Below the pieces are notes generated by a model that saw only the letters and a list, made by a program, of their open reading frames with translations, was not told where the DNA came from and searched no databases. A stretch of DNA of 33,535 bases, taken from IMG/VR virus record IMGVR_UViG_3300011335_000264, positions 1 to 33,535 of that record. One strand, given 5' to 3'. Position 1 is the stretch's first letter. Each line of letters starts with the position of its first letter. The position numbers and the translations under genes were made by a program. Shown piece by piece: positions 10,085 through 19,005 of the stretch. This DNA comes from a virus. Taxonomy: Duplodnaviria > Caudoviricetes.

Positions 10085-12370
10085 TTATGAATATACTTTT
10101 GGCTCACCCATGGCCAAGGCCATCCAGTCCATTTGACTTTCAGCATCTTGACCTGCTACTTCAGCGGCAATTTGTTGTGCTCTAACTTTGCTTAGTTCTG
10201 CATCTGCCAGTGCTTTTTGGTCTTGTGGTCCAGGTTGTTTATTCTTCTGTGCTTCTTGTGCTTGTTGCATCATTTGTGCAATTTCTTGATCACTTGGCAA
10301 ATAAGCATCACAGTCTTTGACACCTAATGTGTATAGCGTATCAGCATAGGGCTTTTTAACTTTCTTATACATTTCAGGAGTCATAATGCCTTGTTGAACC
10401 ATGCCTTGAACACTTTGCATCAAACCACTTTGACACTTTTGAATTAGTTGTAGTCTGTTCAATGAGTTTTCTTCACTTTGCATACCTAATGCTAGTTCTA
10501 AATGTAATTGCTTGCGATCAATCATGCTGGTCATATCATCCCAGGCTTGAAAGTCTAAGAATATTGGTTTTTTATCTGGTGTGCAACCAGCAGCCAATTT
10601 CTTAACACCATAATCATCACCATACTGTATCAATGTACGCCATATCAAATACAATGCTTCTCTTAGACCTTCTGCGCTGTTACGCACAGTATTGTCTTGA
10701 ATGATTTGATTTGGTGTAAGTGCCATTTGTAGTTTAACACCGCTGTTACCAGCAGCCATAACTTCTGGATTGAATACATCGCTGGGAGTAGTCATACCAA
10801 CCATGGCCATAGTGTCTTGTTGTATGCGATTCATACCAACTTCTAAGAAGTTTAAATTACCGCTTGGAGGAGGAATTTGATATATGTCTTTGGCTGGATC
10901 AAACTTTGAATCTAAGATAAAGATAGCGGCTTCGCCATCCTGCATCATTTCAAAGTCTACTCTATCTGGCTTAACACCAATACGTGGTGTTGCTGTTAGC
11001 AAGCCTAATTGAATCTCTGCACGTGCCGCTGATGTAGCATATTCTTGCATGGGAATAACTGACTCACCAATACTCATTCCGTAGAAGTTGCCTGGCAATG
11101 GTTTTGGACACATGTTAGCCACAGGAATAAATTCTACTTCACGTGCTGAAATAATATAACTGCCTGAATAGATTACTTCAACTAATTCTAATTCGCCATC
11201 ACCATCAATGTCAAACTTGTTCCATACTGTGACAATACTTACTTGACGACTATCAGGATCTGCACTGGCAGCACTACTAACTGGGATACCCATAATAGGT
11301 ACACTATCACGTGCGTGAATGGCTAAGTTGTTTAATACGCTACCTGCTTGGTAAGCACCACTTTGGTTGTATTCAGCGTGTGTTCTAAATTGTTCTAAAT
11401 CAATGTCTGGATATAAATCTGTGGCTTCCTGGATCGTCATCGGGTCGAAGTACCCACAGAATGGTTGATCCTTCATTTCTGGAACTGTTGGATCACAGAC
11501 CCAATAATGTTGTGCAATAGGATGAAACTTAATGTTTAATCCATAACCACTTATTTTATATTTGGCTTTGTATATTGTATTACGTTTAATAGCGGCATTA
11601 ATGATTTCTTCTTGACCAGTTGCTTGACTTGTCAATACTTCTGCTTGTCCGGCAGCCAGTTCAGCATAGTTGCCTTCTTCATCAGCATTACGCATACTGG
11701 CAATGTGCTTGTCTAATAAGTCATTGGCTAATTCTTTTTGTTGTCCGCCCAATAACTGTTGAATCTCTGCCATGGCCTTGTCCATCATAACAGTTATTTG
11801 ACGTTTGCTTTGGCGTAGTGTTGTTAGTCCTGAGTCTGCGGCCTGTTGTTCATAGGCACGAAGTTGTTCTTCAGTGCCTTCTGTTTCTACATAACGAGTA
11901 ATTTGTTCACGCACTGGTTTAATCATCATCATACCATTTTTGTGCATGTTAGCATCCATGACCCAACGCTCTAGAATAAAGTGTGGATCATTCATTTGGT
12001 TTACAACTTTAGATACCATATCAGTGGCTTGACGTGCTGCCACTTCATCCATTTCATCGTCTGCTACAAATTCAAAGTTAATTTCGCCATTGGGCATAAG
12101 TCCTTTGGTAATAACTGCTGTAGCATAATCTACTACAGGCTTTACTGTAGGATGGATATAATCAATACCATTTACAGGTGCAGTACTTTCTGTAACTGCT
12201 AAACACAAATAGTGGTAGTCCACGGCTCTGTTCACAGCGTTCTTTGTGCCTAAGTAGCGCAAATAACTAGCCATCTTTGTGTCCATCATATTCTTCATAC
12301 GCACAAAGTTGGCGTTAAGTTTCTTATTCTGGTTGATGTCTTGTAGGGTGATGTTCTTAATATCCAACAT
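10085..12370 (-). CDS. portal protein
   Basis: 761 aa; DEVAARQATDMV, DIDGDGELEL, PLPGNFYGMSIGE motifs of P22/SU10-like portals; Gln-rich C-terminal barrel. Confidence 0.9.
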   Translation of the reverse strand: MLDIKNITLQDINQNKKLNANFVRMKNMMDTKMASYLRYLGTKNAVNRAVDYHYLCLAVTESTAPVNGIDYIHPTVKPVVDYATAVITKGLMPNGEINFEFVADDEMDEVAARQATDMVSKVVNQMNDPHFILERWVMDANMHKNGMMMIKPVREQITRYVETEGTEEQLRAYEQQAADSGLTTLRQSKRQITVMMDKAMAEIQQLLGGQQKELANDLLDKHIASMRNADEEGNYAELAAGQAEVLTSQATGQEEIINAAIKRNTIYKAKYKISGYGLNIKFHPIAQHYWVCDPTVPEMKDQPFCGYFDPMTIQEATDLYPDIDLEQFRTHAEYNQSGAYQAGSVLNNLAIHARDSVPIMGIPVSSAASADPDSRQVSIVTVWNKFDIDGDGELELVEVIYSGSYIISAREVEFIPVANMCPKPLPGNFYGMSIGESVIPMQEYATSAARAEIQLGLLTATPRIGVKPDRVDFEMMQDGEAAIFILDSKFDPAKDIYQIPPPSGNLNFLEVGMNRIQQDTMAMVGMTTPSDVFNPEVMAAGNSGVKLQMALTPNQIIQDNTVRNSAEGLREALYLIWRTLIQYGDDYGVKKLAAGCTPDKKPIFLDFQAWDDMTSMIDRKQLHLELALGMQSEENSLNRLQLIQKCQSGLMQSVQGMVQQGIMTPEMYKKVKKPYADTLYTLGVKDCDAYLPSDQEIAQMMQQAQEAQKNKQPGPQDQKALADAELSKVRAQQIAAEVAGQDAESQMDWMALAMGEPKVYS

Positions 12371-12394
12371 TATGGGTTTTCCTTAACTAATGTA

Positions 12395-12523
12395 TTATTT
12401 AGCGTTATCTTTAGAGGGTTGTTGCGGTTTTTGTTCTTTAGGATCTTTTGGGCCAAATATAGCATCCCAGTTATCGCGGATCTTTTTAACATCTTCTTTT
12501 CTACGATTGCTGCCTTTACTCAT
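12395..12523 (-). CDS. small basic protein (42 aa, MSKGSNRRKEDVKKIRDNWDAIFG...), absent from the ORF track
   Basis: ATG overlaps the upstream stop (TAATG); its own stop overlaps a TAAATA element. Confidence 0.7.
   Translation of the reverse strand: MSKGSNRRKEDVKKIRDNWDAIFGPKDPKEQKPQQPSKDNAK
12396..12401 (-). promoter_or_regulatory. TAAATA late-type promoter element for the portal gene
   Basis: gcTAAATA upstream of the AAGGA RBS of the portal. Confidence 0.6.
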
Positions 12524-12726
12524 TAAAATTCTCCTGGCAAGATAATTTTAGGACGAGTTAATTCGTCTTGTAAATCACAGGCATGACATTTTGCTGTTAC
12601 TGCATCTTCGTCTTCCAACTCATATATTGTATGTGGTGTTTCTGCTACCATTGCGGCTGCTTCAAATGCCTTGGCATGTTTTTCACATAATACCATTGTG
12701 TTTTGTTCTATGGCACAGATAAACAT
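12523..12726 (-). CDS. small putative zinc-binding protein
   Basis: C...CEKH...CHAC pattern; coupled by TAATG overlaps. Confidence 0.65.
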   Translation of the reverse strand: MFICAIEQNTMVLCEKHAKAFEAAAMVAETPHTIYELEDEDAVTAKCHACDLQDELTRPKIILPGEF

Positions 12727-12932
12727 TATAATATTCTCTTTAAATGTTCAAGTTCATCATCTGTTAAGAAAAGTTCAAATGTATATTCATATACATTGTC
12801 ACTGACAAATTGAATATGCCAAACATCAGTTGCAGGTACCCAAGTCTTAGTAACTTTAACTTTGTAGTCTTTGTTGTTTACTACATATGGATCGGCTTTG
12901 CCGCCATATACAAAAAATTGTCCGTGTTTCAT
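12726..12932 (-). CDS. hypothetical protein (68 aa)
   Basis: AAGGA RBS; coupled to the next gene. Confidence 0.7.
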   Translation of the reverse strand: MKHGQFFVYGGKADPYVVNNKDYKVKVTKTWVPATDVWHIQFVSDNVYEYTFELFLTDDELEHLKRIL

Positions 12933-12941
12933 TGCTATTCC

Positions 12942-14552
12942 TTATTCTGCTGAGAAGGTCTTCTTCCAAGCGGGTTTACTACTATCATCTGGCTTAATAT
13001 ATCTATGTCGCTGTGCTGCCATTCTTTGTTGTGGACTATGACCGTCCCATGGTTCTGCTATTCCTTGAATGCAAGCAAGCAAAGCGTAGCGAGCACTATC
13101 AATACAGTCATCTGGGTCACTGAATCTTCCCTTTTCATCTACATAGTAGTTAGTTGCTTCACTCAAGAATTGTGTGCAATTTTCATTGACCATTAAACTT
13201 CCTACTTCTAACATTTGGCGCATTTGATTTATACCATAACTTTTATGATTGGTTACACGCCCTTGACTGTCAGGTGGATTCATAATTGCCTTTTCATAGA
13301 CATTCAATCCATATTGTTCAAATAATTCTCGTATGCTGTTGGCACTCATAGTGTATCTGCCAGCAGTACTAGCATCAGCAGGTAAAATAATAGGACAGCC
13401 AAAAACCTCAGGACGAAGTAAATGATTGATATACTGAGTGGGGACTGCTTCTTCAATGCCCTGCACAACAATCTGTCTATGTAAGTAAGCAGTTTTTTCA
13501 TGTGGTTCCCAATACATTAAACTAATAACTGTTTTGTCATTGACTAAGCCCAAGTCAAGAGCAATGGCTCGTTGTATTCTGGGCATACGAGCGAAATCAA
13601 TGTCTCCTGTTTTGTATGTGGGCCAATTGCCGATTTGAAATACAGCACCTTTACCCATTACTGGTTTACCAGCAATACGTGCTTCACGTTCGTGTGGTAA
13701 GTAATCTCGTTCTAGTTGTCGTCTTGTTTCTTTTAATAAGAATGGTTCACCCCAAGGGCTGTATTCAGGAACATCGTCCCACGATACACGAATGTAGTCA
13801 TATCCATCTTCATTGTTCCAAAACTTACTTACAAGACCGTTAAGTCCTTTAAGCGGTGTAAACGAACATAGAACTTTACCCTGCGTGGTAGCAGTTCGCG
13901 TAACAATCTCACTGAAAAAGTCGTCGGGCGGTTGTTCATCAAATACTGCTAGGTTAAGTTTGAAACCCTGGAGTTGTCTAACCTCCTGAGTGTAGTTAGC
14001 AAATAGCAGATAACTATTGCTTCCAGATACATGCCTAATTTCACAGCCGATATTGTTGGCTCCATCATTACGCATAGTGTCAGCGACAATGCAATCACGC
14101 GGTATAGCACCAGTTCCCAAGTTCTCAATAATTTTAACATCCTGTGTTCCTAACAGTTCATTTTGTAGCACTAGGGCTACCTGACTCCAACCTTCTCCGG
14201 CTACCATACAAGTAATAGGTGTTGTGAATTTGTAGCCTTCCCACCAATCCGGATATAATCCAGTTAGGTGCATGGCAGTTTCGTAACAAGTGCTTACTGT
14301 TTTACCAACCCTGTTTGCGGCAAGTATTCCTCTGCGATCTGCTTTTCCAGTTAAGAAGAATTTCTTTTGGTGTTCAAACGGTCTAAAGTATTTAAGACTA
14401 TTGTGCTTCATATCTTCAGCAATTTCAATGCTGAGATCCATGAGTTTAGTTTTTAAATCACCATTCATATTGGCCAAGGCATCTAAAGGTAGTTCGTGTT
14501 TGTCCACTACCCAACGTAATGCTCTTGCCATTAATACATCATTGCCTAGCAT
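12942..14552 (-). CDS. terL: terminase large subunit
   Basis: Q motif (FEHQ), Walker A AANRVGKT, Walker B LAVFDE, coupling motif FTP, RNase H-like ALDLG and DDCIDS. Confidence 0.95.
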   Translation of the reverse strand: MLGNDVLMARALRWVVDKHELPLDALANMNGDLKTKLMDLSIEIAEDMKHNSLKYFRPFEHQKKFFLTGKADRRGILAANRVGKTVSTCYETAMHLTGLYPDWWEGYKFTTPITCMVAGEGWSQVALVLQNELLGTQDVKIIENLGTGAIPRDCIVADTMRNDGANNIGCEIRHVSGSNSYLLFANYTQEVRQLQGFKLNLAVFDEQPPDDFFSEIVTRTATTQGKVLCSFTPLKGLNGLVSKFWNNEDGYDYIRVSWDDVPEYSPWGEPFLLKETRRQLERDYLPHEREARIAGKPVMGKGAVFQIGNWPTYKTGDIDFARMPRIQRAIALDLGLVNDKTVISLMYWEPHEKTAYLHRQIVVQGIEEAVPTQYINHLLRPEVFGCPIILPADASTAGRYTMSANSIRELFEQYGLNVYEKAIMNPPDSQGRVTNHKSYGINQMRQMLEVGSLMVNENCTQFLSEATNYYVDEKGRFSDPDDCIDSARYALLACIQGIAEPWDGHSPQQRMAAQRHRYIKPDDSSKPAWKKTFSAE

Positions 14553-14758
14553 TACATGTTCCTTAATCTATTGACAACTAATTTTTGATCAAGATAACCT
14601 ACCAATGATTTTAATTCATCATGAGTAAGTATTAGAAAGACTTCTAAATCCTCTTGGTCATCTTGATTAAATCTAAAGTGAAATTCAAATTGATCAGGAC
14701 CAACCCAAACTCCACCTATGTCTACACTACTGTCTTCATTGTGTGTCAGATTGAACAT
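14552..14758 (-). CDS. hypothetical protein (68 aa)
   Basis: Stop overlaps the terL start (TAATG). Confidence 0.65.
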   Translation of the reverse strand: MFNLTHNEDSSVDIGGVWVGPDQFEFHFRFNQDDQEDLEVFLILTHDELKSLVGYLDQKLVVNRLRNM

Positions 14759-15059
14759 CTTTTAGTTTTTCTCTAACAATGTAAACGTGATGTATTGCTG
14801 TACTTAGATCACTAAGTTCTTTACTAGTCATTTTCCAAGTATCTGGATCATTAATATCTACACCATCACGTTTGTCTAAGCCTGCTTGTAAGCGTTCTGT
14901 TAACAAACGTAGAATGTGTTCTATTTGTCCTGGAAACTTTTCAGCAAAGGCAACTCTATGACTAGCATTAATCTTTTGTAAAATTAATGTATCTTTAGTC
15001 ATACGCTCTTGCTGTGCTTGATATATGGCTCCATCTCTCATTGTTGGATCTGTGCTCAT
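14736..15059 (-). CDS. hypothetical helical protein (107 aa, MSTDPTMRD...)
   Basis: Start reassigned to the ATG 1 nt after the upstream stop; alternative terminase small subunit candidate. Confidence 0.65.
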   Translation of the reverse strand: MSTDPTMRDGAIYQAQQERMTKDTLILQKINASHRVAFAEKFPGQIEHILRLLTERLQAGLDKRDGVDINDPDTWKMTSKELSDLSTAIHHVYIVREKLKDVQSDTQ

Positions 15060-15060
15060 A

Positions 15061-15864
15061 TCAATTACTTCTTGTGTCCGTGCCCCATGGATCAACAATG
15101 GCTTCGCTGTTAAACTGTCCAAAGTCTCTGTCAACAAATGTATCCCAAATGTTACCAGCATTGATACGCATACTCTGCATCATAGTGCGTAGTCTACGAC
15201 CAACTGGAGTTAATGTGCCATCTTCACGCTGAACTGTTTGTTCGCCTGTGCAAGCACCAATCCATTTAATAATCTCTGGACGCTCACGACCATACTTGTC
15301 AATCTTTGTGCCATGTTCTTTTTTCTCCCAAGGACCATTAATTTCATAACTGATTGTACCATCATTGTATTTGCGGAATGTACAATGACATTTCTTACCA
15401 ACTGCTCTAAAGTCTGGATCCGGATGCGGAACAAAAGGACTGAAGAAGTAATTTTGTAATTCACTTTCAGGTGGAAGTGTAGAATCACGTGGGGGGATTT
15501 CTGGGAATGGCTCAACTGGAACCATGTCTGCTCTGTCAATGTATGGATTGTCACTGCCAATTAACTTTGGATCAATATCTTCACCATTTAATACATCCAT
15601 GGCAGTTTGATATTTTAGTTTGTTAGCACGACCTTTAAGGTTTAAGACTACACCTGTTTCATCAAATACAAAACGCTCAAGTTCTTTGGCTGTGGGAAAG
15701 TCTGTCATTAGACCTTCTAAGTCATATTCTGCGTTGCTGGTAGATTTAGGGATACGTGCGCCTGCTATTGCTTCGGCTACGTCTAAGATCTCATCGTTTG
15801 TGGGTTCTTCGCCCCAAGGGCTGGTTACATCTGTGGGTGTAGATGATTGTGTTTTCTTTGTCAT
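15061..15864 (-). CDS. hypothetical protein (267 aa)
   Basis: AAGGA RBS, structured leader, intact ORF. Confidence 0.8.
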   Translation of the reverse strand: MTKKTQSSTPTDVTSPWGEEPTNDEILDVAEAIAGARIPKSTSNAEYDLEGLMTDFPTAKELERFVFDETGVVLNLKGRANKLKYQTAMDVLNGEDIDPKLIGSDNPYIDRADMVPVEPFPEIPPRDSTLPPESELQNYFFSPFVPHPDPDFRAVGKKCHCTFRKYNDGTISYEINGPWEKKEHGTKIDKYGRERPEIIKWIGACTGEQTVQREDGTLTPVGRRLRTMMQSMRINAGNIWDTFVDRDFGQFNSEAIVDPWGTDTRSN

Positions 15865-15943
15865 TTCTATTCCTTAATATAAACAAGGAAACTATTGTTT
15901 CCCTGCTTACTATGCTATAACGAGACTATTGTCTCACTTGTAT

Positions 15944-16255
15944 TTAACCTTTTGATACAGGCTTTTTATACTTTGCTGGTAACTTTGCACCATTGGCAGT
16001 TGTATTGCTCTTAGGTCCAACATTAGTGTCAGCATGTAAGCCTTCAACTGCTGGATCACGAAAGCCTTGCATACCACGACCACGAGCGGCCACTGCATTA
16101 GTTACCATATCTGCTAGTGCTGATTTCTCATTACCTGAACTGGCTTTTTCTTTCATAAACGTTGCACGTTTATCACCAGCATCTACGTTACCAATTGTTG
16201 GGCCACGCTTTTGATTGATTGCTTTTGCTTGAGGGTTTGATGTTGAGATTCTCAT
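15944..16255 (-). CDS. basic low-complexity protein with RGPTxGN motif
   Basis: ATGA overlap with the upstream gene; K/R/G/N-rich. Confidence 0.75.
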   Translation of the reverse strand: MRISTSNPQAKAINQKRGPTIGNVDAGDKRATFMKEKASSGNEKSALADMVTNAVAARGRGMQGFRDPAVEGLHADTNVGPKSNTTANGAKLPAKYKKPVSKG

Positions 16256-16641
16256 ACTTGATTTCCTTTAGTTGGTCCACGACCCATGTTAATTTTGTCT
16301 GCGTTGCCTTTGTAGTTTTGACCCATTGCTGGTTCAAATGCACGAGTGCCTTTAAAACGTCCGCCACCACTTTCACGAACTTGTGGATTTGCACTACCTG
16401 GGAACATGTCCTTACCAGGTGTAAACTTTGGAACTACGGCAGCATCTGGATAACTTCTGTCGTCATCACTTTTGTTGCCCACTGTTGGACCACGCTTACC
16501 AGTGATTAGTTTGTTTGGGTTTTGCATACCGCTGTGTTGATTACCACAGTATGATTTACTAGGACCACGATTAACGCCATTACCTGCCATGCCGTTAAAA
16601 TCTAAGTTCATATCGCTTTGTGTAATGCTATTATGTTTCAT
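16252..16641 (-). CDS. basic low-complexity protein with RGPTxGN repeats
   Basis: ATGA overlap with the upstream gene; G/N/K-rich. Confidence 0.75.
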   Translation of the reverse strand: MKHNSITQSDMNLDFNGMAGNGVNRGPSKSYCGNQHSGMQNPNKLITGKRGPTVGNKSDDDRSYPDAAVVPKFTPGKDMFPGSANPQVRESGGGRFKGTRAFEPAMGQNYKGNADKINMGRGPTKGNQV

Positions 16642-16784
16642 TTTGCTTTTCCTTTTTTGCTTGCTGCCGCACGTTTTGTTGCATAAGAAATAGCAACAGC
16701 CTGCTTAACTGGTTTCCCAGCCGCAATCTCTTTTTTAACATTCTTAGTGAATGCTTGTTTTGATGTTGATTTAATTAACGGCAT
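16638..16784 (-). CDS. small basic phage protein (48 aa, MPLIKSTSKQAFTKNVKKEIAAGKPVKQAVAISY...), DUF6496-like; absent from the ORF track
   Basis: KQAVAI motif; TATAAATA 5 nt upstream; stop overlaps the next ATG. Confidence 0.8.
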   Translation of the reverse strand: MPLIKSTSKQAFTKNVKKEIAAGKPVKQAVAISYATKRAAASKKGKAK

Positions 16785-16789
16785 AGTGT

Positions 16790-16797
16790 TATTTATA
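16790..16797 (-). promoter_or_regulatory. TATAAATA late-type promoter
   Basis: Exact T4 late consensus in an 18-nt gap. Confidence 0.7.
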
Positions 16798-16802
16798 CTT
16801 TT

Positions 16803-17180
16803 TTATTCAGGACTATCTTCAGCATCAATCTCTTGACTAATACCAGTCAACTTGCTCAGTGCTTCAGCAAATGCCATTTGTTTAGCATGTATAGTATCAG
16901 CACTATCATCAACTTCAATTCTAGCCAAGTTGTTCATTACTTTATTCAATATCAAAGTATGATACTTTAAGATTAAGTTTTTATCATTTTCATTACGTGC
17001 TGTTAGAAAGTCATCAACTAAGATATCTTCATAACGCTGTCCACCAGTACGTGTTTCTAAACTATGTAATAGTTCTTCTACACTGATGTGATTCTTGCCG
17101 CCTTTTTTGCGACCTGCACCAGGACGAGCACCTCCGTGGTTGCTTTTCTTTTCAATTGGGGTTTCTATACTATTTGTCAT
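16803..17180 (-). CDS. probable terminase small subunit / DNA-packaging protein
   Basis: N-terminal HGGARPGAGRKKG motif common in TerS proteins, helical body, upstream of terL. Confidence 0.55.
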   Translation of the reverse strand: MTNSIETPIEKKSNHGGARPGAGRKKGGKNHISVEELLHSLETRTGGQRYEDILVDDFLTARNENDKNLILKYHTLILNKVMNNLARIEVDDSADTIHAKQMAFAEALSKLTGISQEIDAEDSPE

Positions 17181-17185
17181 ATTAT

Positions 17186-17204
17186 TATTTAGCGTTGTTA
17201 AATA
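17186..17204. promoter_or_regulatory. back-to-back divergent TAAATA elements
   Basis: TAAATA on the minus strand at 17186-17191 and on the plus strand at 17199-17204, each facing its gene. Confidence 0.65.
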
Positions 17205-17223
17205 TACTAATTAAGGAATTGAA

Positions 17224-17763
17224 ATGAATTATACATGGAATTATGCACAGCCCACCGATACCGGCGATATTATGACACTGAACCTCCTAGTTCAATTTGA
17301 AGTAGATACAATCTTTAACTTCAATCCCAATGTACTCAGTCATCACATTGTTACCGCAGTGGTAAATCAATTCTACACAGGTAGAACTGACTTAGTTGCC
17401 ACTGCCAGAGATGATAATAACAAATTATTAGCATACACTTGGGTTAAGACCGGTGAACATAGCCTTTGGAGCAATGAAGAAGTTGCTAGTGTGCGTATGG
17501 CTCACGTTGATCCTAACCTAAGTGTTCGTCGTCGTGTAATATTGTTAGAAGATATGATGGAAATATGGGAACGATTCGCACAAATTCACGACATACCAGT
17601 TCTATACAGTAATACTCTAAGACAAGAACAAACAGTATTTCTCAAAATGCATAAACGTAATGGTTATACAGTTAGAGGAAGTGCCGCATACAAAAGAGTT
17701 AACCTCAATTACATGCCCACTCGTTTATTTGATAACCCGGTACAAGCCACTCCTGCCGATTAG
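17224..17763 (+). CDS. GNAT-fold acetyltransferase-like protein
   Basis: KLLAYTWV beta strand, AHVDP motif-A region, FLKMHKRNGY motif B; AAGGA RBS; the only credible plus-strand gene. Confidence 0.65.
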   Translation: MNYTWNYAQPTDTGDIMTLNLLVQFEVDTIFNFNPNVLSHHIVTAVVNQFYTGRTDLVATARDDNNKLLAYTWVKTGEHSLWSNEEVASVRMAHVDPNLSVRRRVILLEDMMEIWERFAQIHDIPVLYSNTLRQEQTVFLKMHKRNGYTVRGSAAYKRVNLNYMPTRLFDNPVQATPAD

Positions 17764-17828
17764 TTGATGCCCAGTTTAGAAAGTCGCAAAATCAAACTGG
17801 TTCTTGATGGGGTTTTGGCGACTTAACT

Positions 17829-18260
17829 TTATTCCAATGTTGCAGTTAACATCCAAATCTCTTTGGCTAATGTTAGTATTCTATCTTGTGCGTAGTTGGC
17901 TATTTCTTCGTGGCCTTCTTCACTGCTGACAACCATAAGTTCTTGATAACACTCTTTAAGGTGCTCAAGGTCTTCTTTAACCATTGTAAGTAATTCATCT
18001 GCTGTACCTTCCATTGTATCTGTTGGTATGTGACTTGCGTCTAGGACATCCTGTATATTGCAGGGCATGTATTCATCAATGCTACGCAATAGTTCACCTA
18101 TAAAATCAATTTGATCTTGTAAGTCATCATAGATACCATTTAGCAATGCGTGATCACTTTGAAAGTTACGCCCTACTATGTTGACATGTGCGGCATGACT
18201 TCTAAAGTATGCGACAAAGTTGTCATTGAATATTTGTGTTAGTTGTAGTGCTGTGGTCAT
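17829..18260 (-). CDS. dps: Dps / ferritin-like protein
   Basis: HVNIVGRNFQSDH...IDFIGE retains the H-x11-H-x14-D-x3-E ferroxidase spacing; C-terminal KEIWML. Confidence 0.85.
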   Translation of the reverse strand: MTTALQLTQIFNDNFVAYFRSHAAHVNIVGRNFQSDHALLNGIYDDLQDQIDFIGELLRSIDEYMPCNIQDVLDASHIPTDTMEGTADELLTMVKEDLEHLKECYQELMVVSSEEGHEEIANYAQDRILTLAKEIWMLTATLE

Positions 18261-18261
18261 A

Positions 18262-18996
18262 TTATCTACTTATTGTTGCACCCATTTTACGACGGCGTTC
18301 TAACTCCGCCTGTTCACCAGGCATTAATTCTCCAGAATACATTGCCATAGCAGGTCCAACACTACCTCTGGCTATATTTCCTGCGGCTGGTAATATCTTA
18401 TTAGCGGCCAATGCTCTTAACTGTGCCATTATTCCTGATGCATTTGGTGCTGGTGCGGCTGCGGGAACACCTGGCATTGGTGTTGGTGCAACTGGACCTG
18501 CTGAAGGCATACCTGGCATTGGTTGTGGAGCAACTGGTGCAGTTGGTAATGGTGCTCTCATTTGTGGAACATTTTGTGTTGGCACATTATAAGTGGCTGT
18601 GGGACTAATTGGACGCATAGCAGATCCTGCTTGCTGTGCCATTTTTTGTTGAGCACGATTAGCAATACCTTGTTCACTGGCTAACTTAGCATCAGCAAGT
18701 GCTTTGGCTGCTTCAGCACTAGAGTTCCATGCCCCATATAATTTACTACCACCTACTGCGGCAGCGGCTGCACCAGCGGCTGGCAATACATAAGGAGCAA
18801 CTGCTAGTCCTGCAGTTGTGCCCATTGCTTCTGCGCTAGTGCCAACTGGATTAATCTTTGTCTGTGGAGCAGGAGGCTCACCAACATCTACTACTGGTGC
18901 TGTTTGTTTATTCTTTTCTGCTTCGGCCTGTAGATAAGCATTGATTTCATCATCACTGTAACCTTCTGCTTTGGCTGCTTCACGATCAAATGCCAT
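18262..18996 (-). CDS. probable ejection (internal virion) protein
   Basis: MAFDREAAKAEGYSDDEINAYL N-terminus; A/P/G-rich with a hydrophobic segment. Confidence 0.6.
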   Translation of the reverse strand: MAFDREAAKAEGYSDDEINAYLQAEAEKNKQTAPVVDVGEPPAPQTKINPVGTSAEAMGTTAGLAVAPYVLPAAGAAAAAVGGSKLYGAWNSSAEAAKALADAKLASEQGIANRAQQKMAQQAGSAMRPISPTATYNVPTQNVPQMRAPLPTAPVAPQPMPGMPSAGPVAPTPMPGVPAAAPAPNASGIMAQLRALAANKILPAAGNIARGSVGPAMAMYSGELMPGEQAELERRRKMGATISR

Positions 18997-19005
18997 ATTG
19001 TTTCC

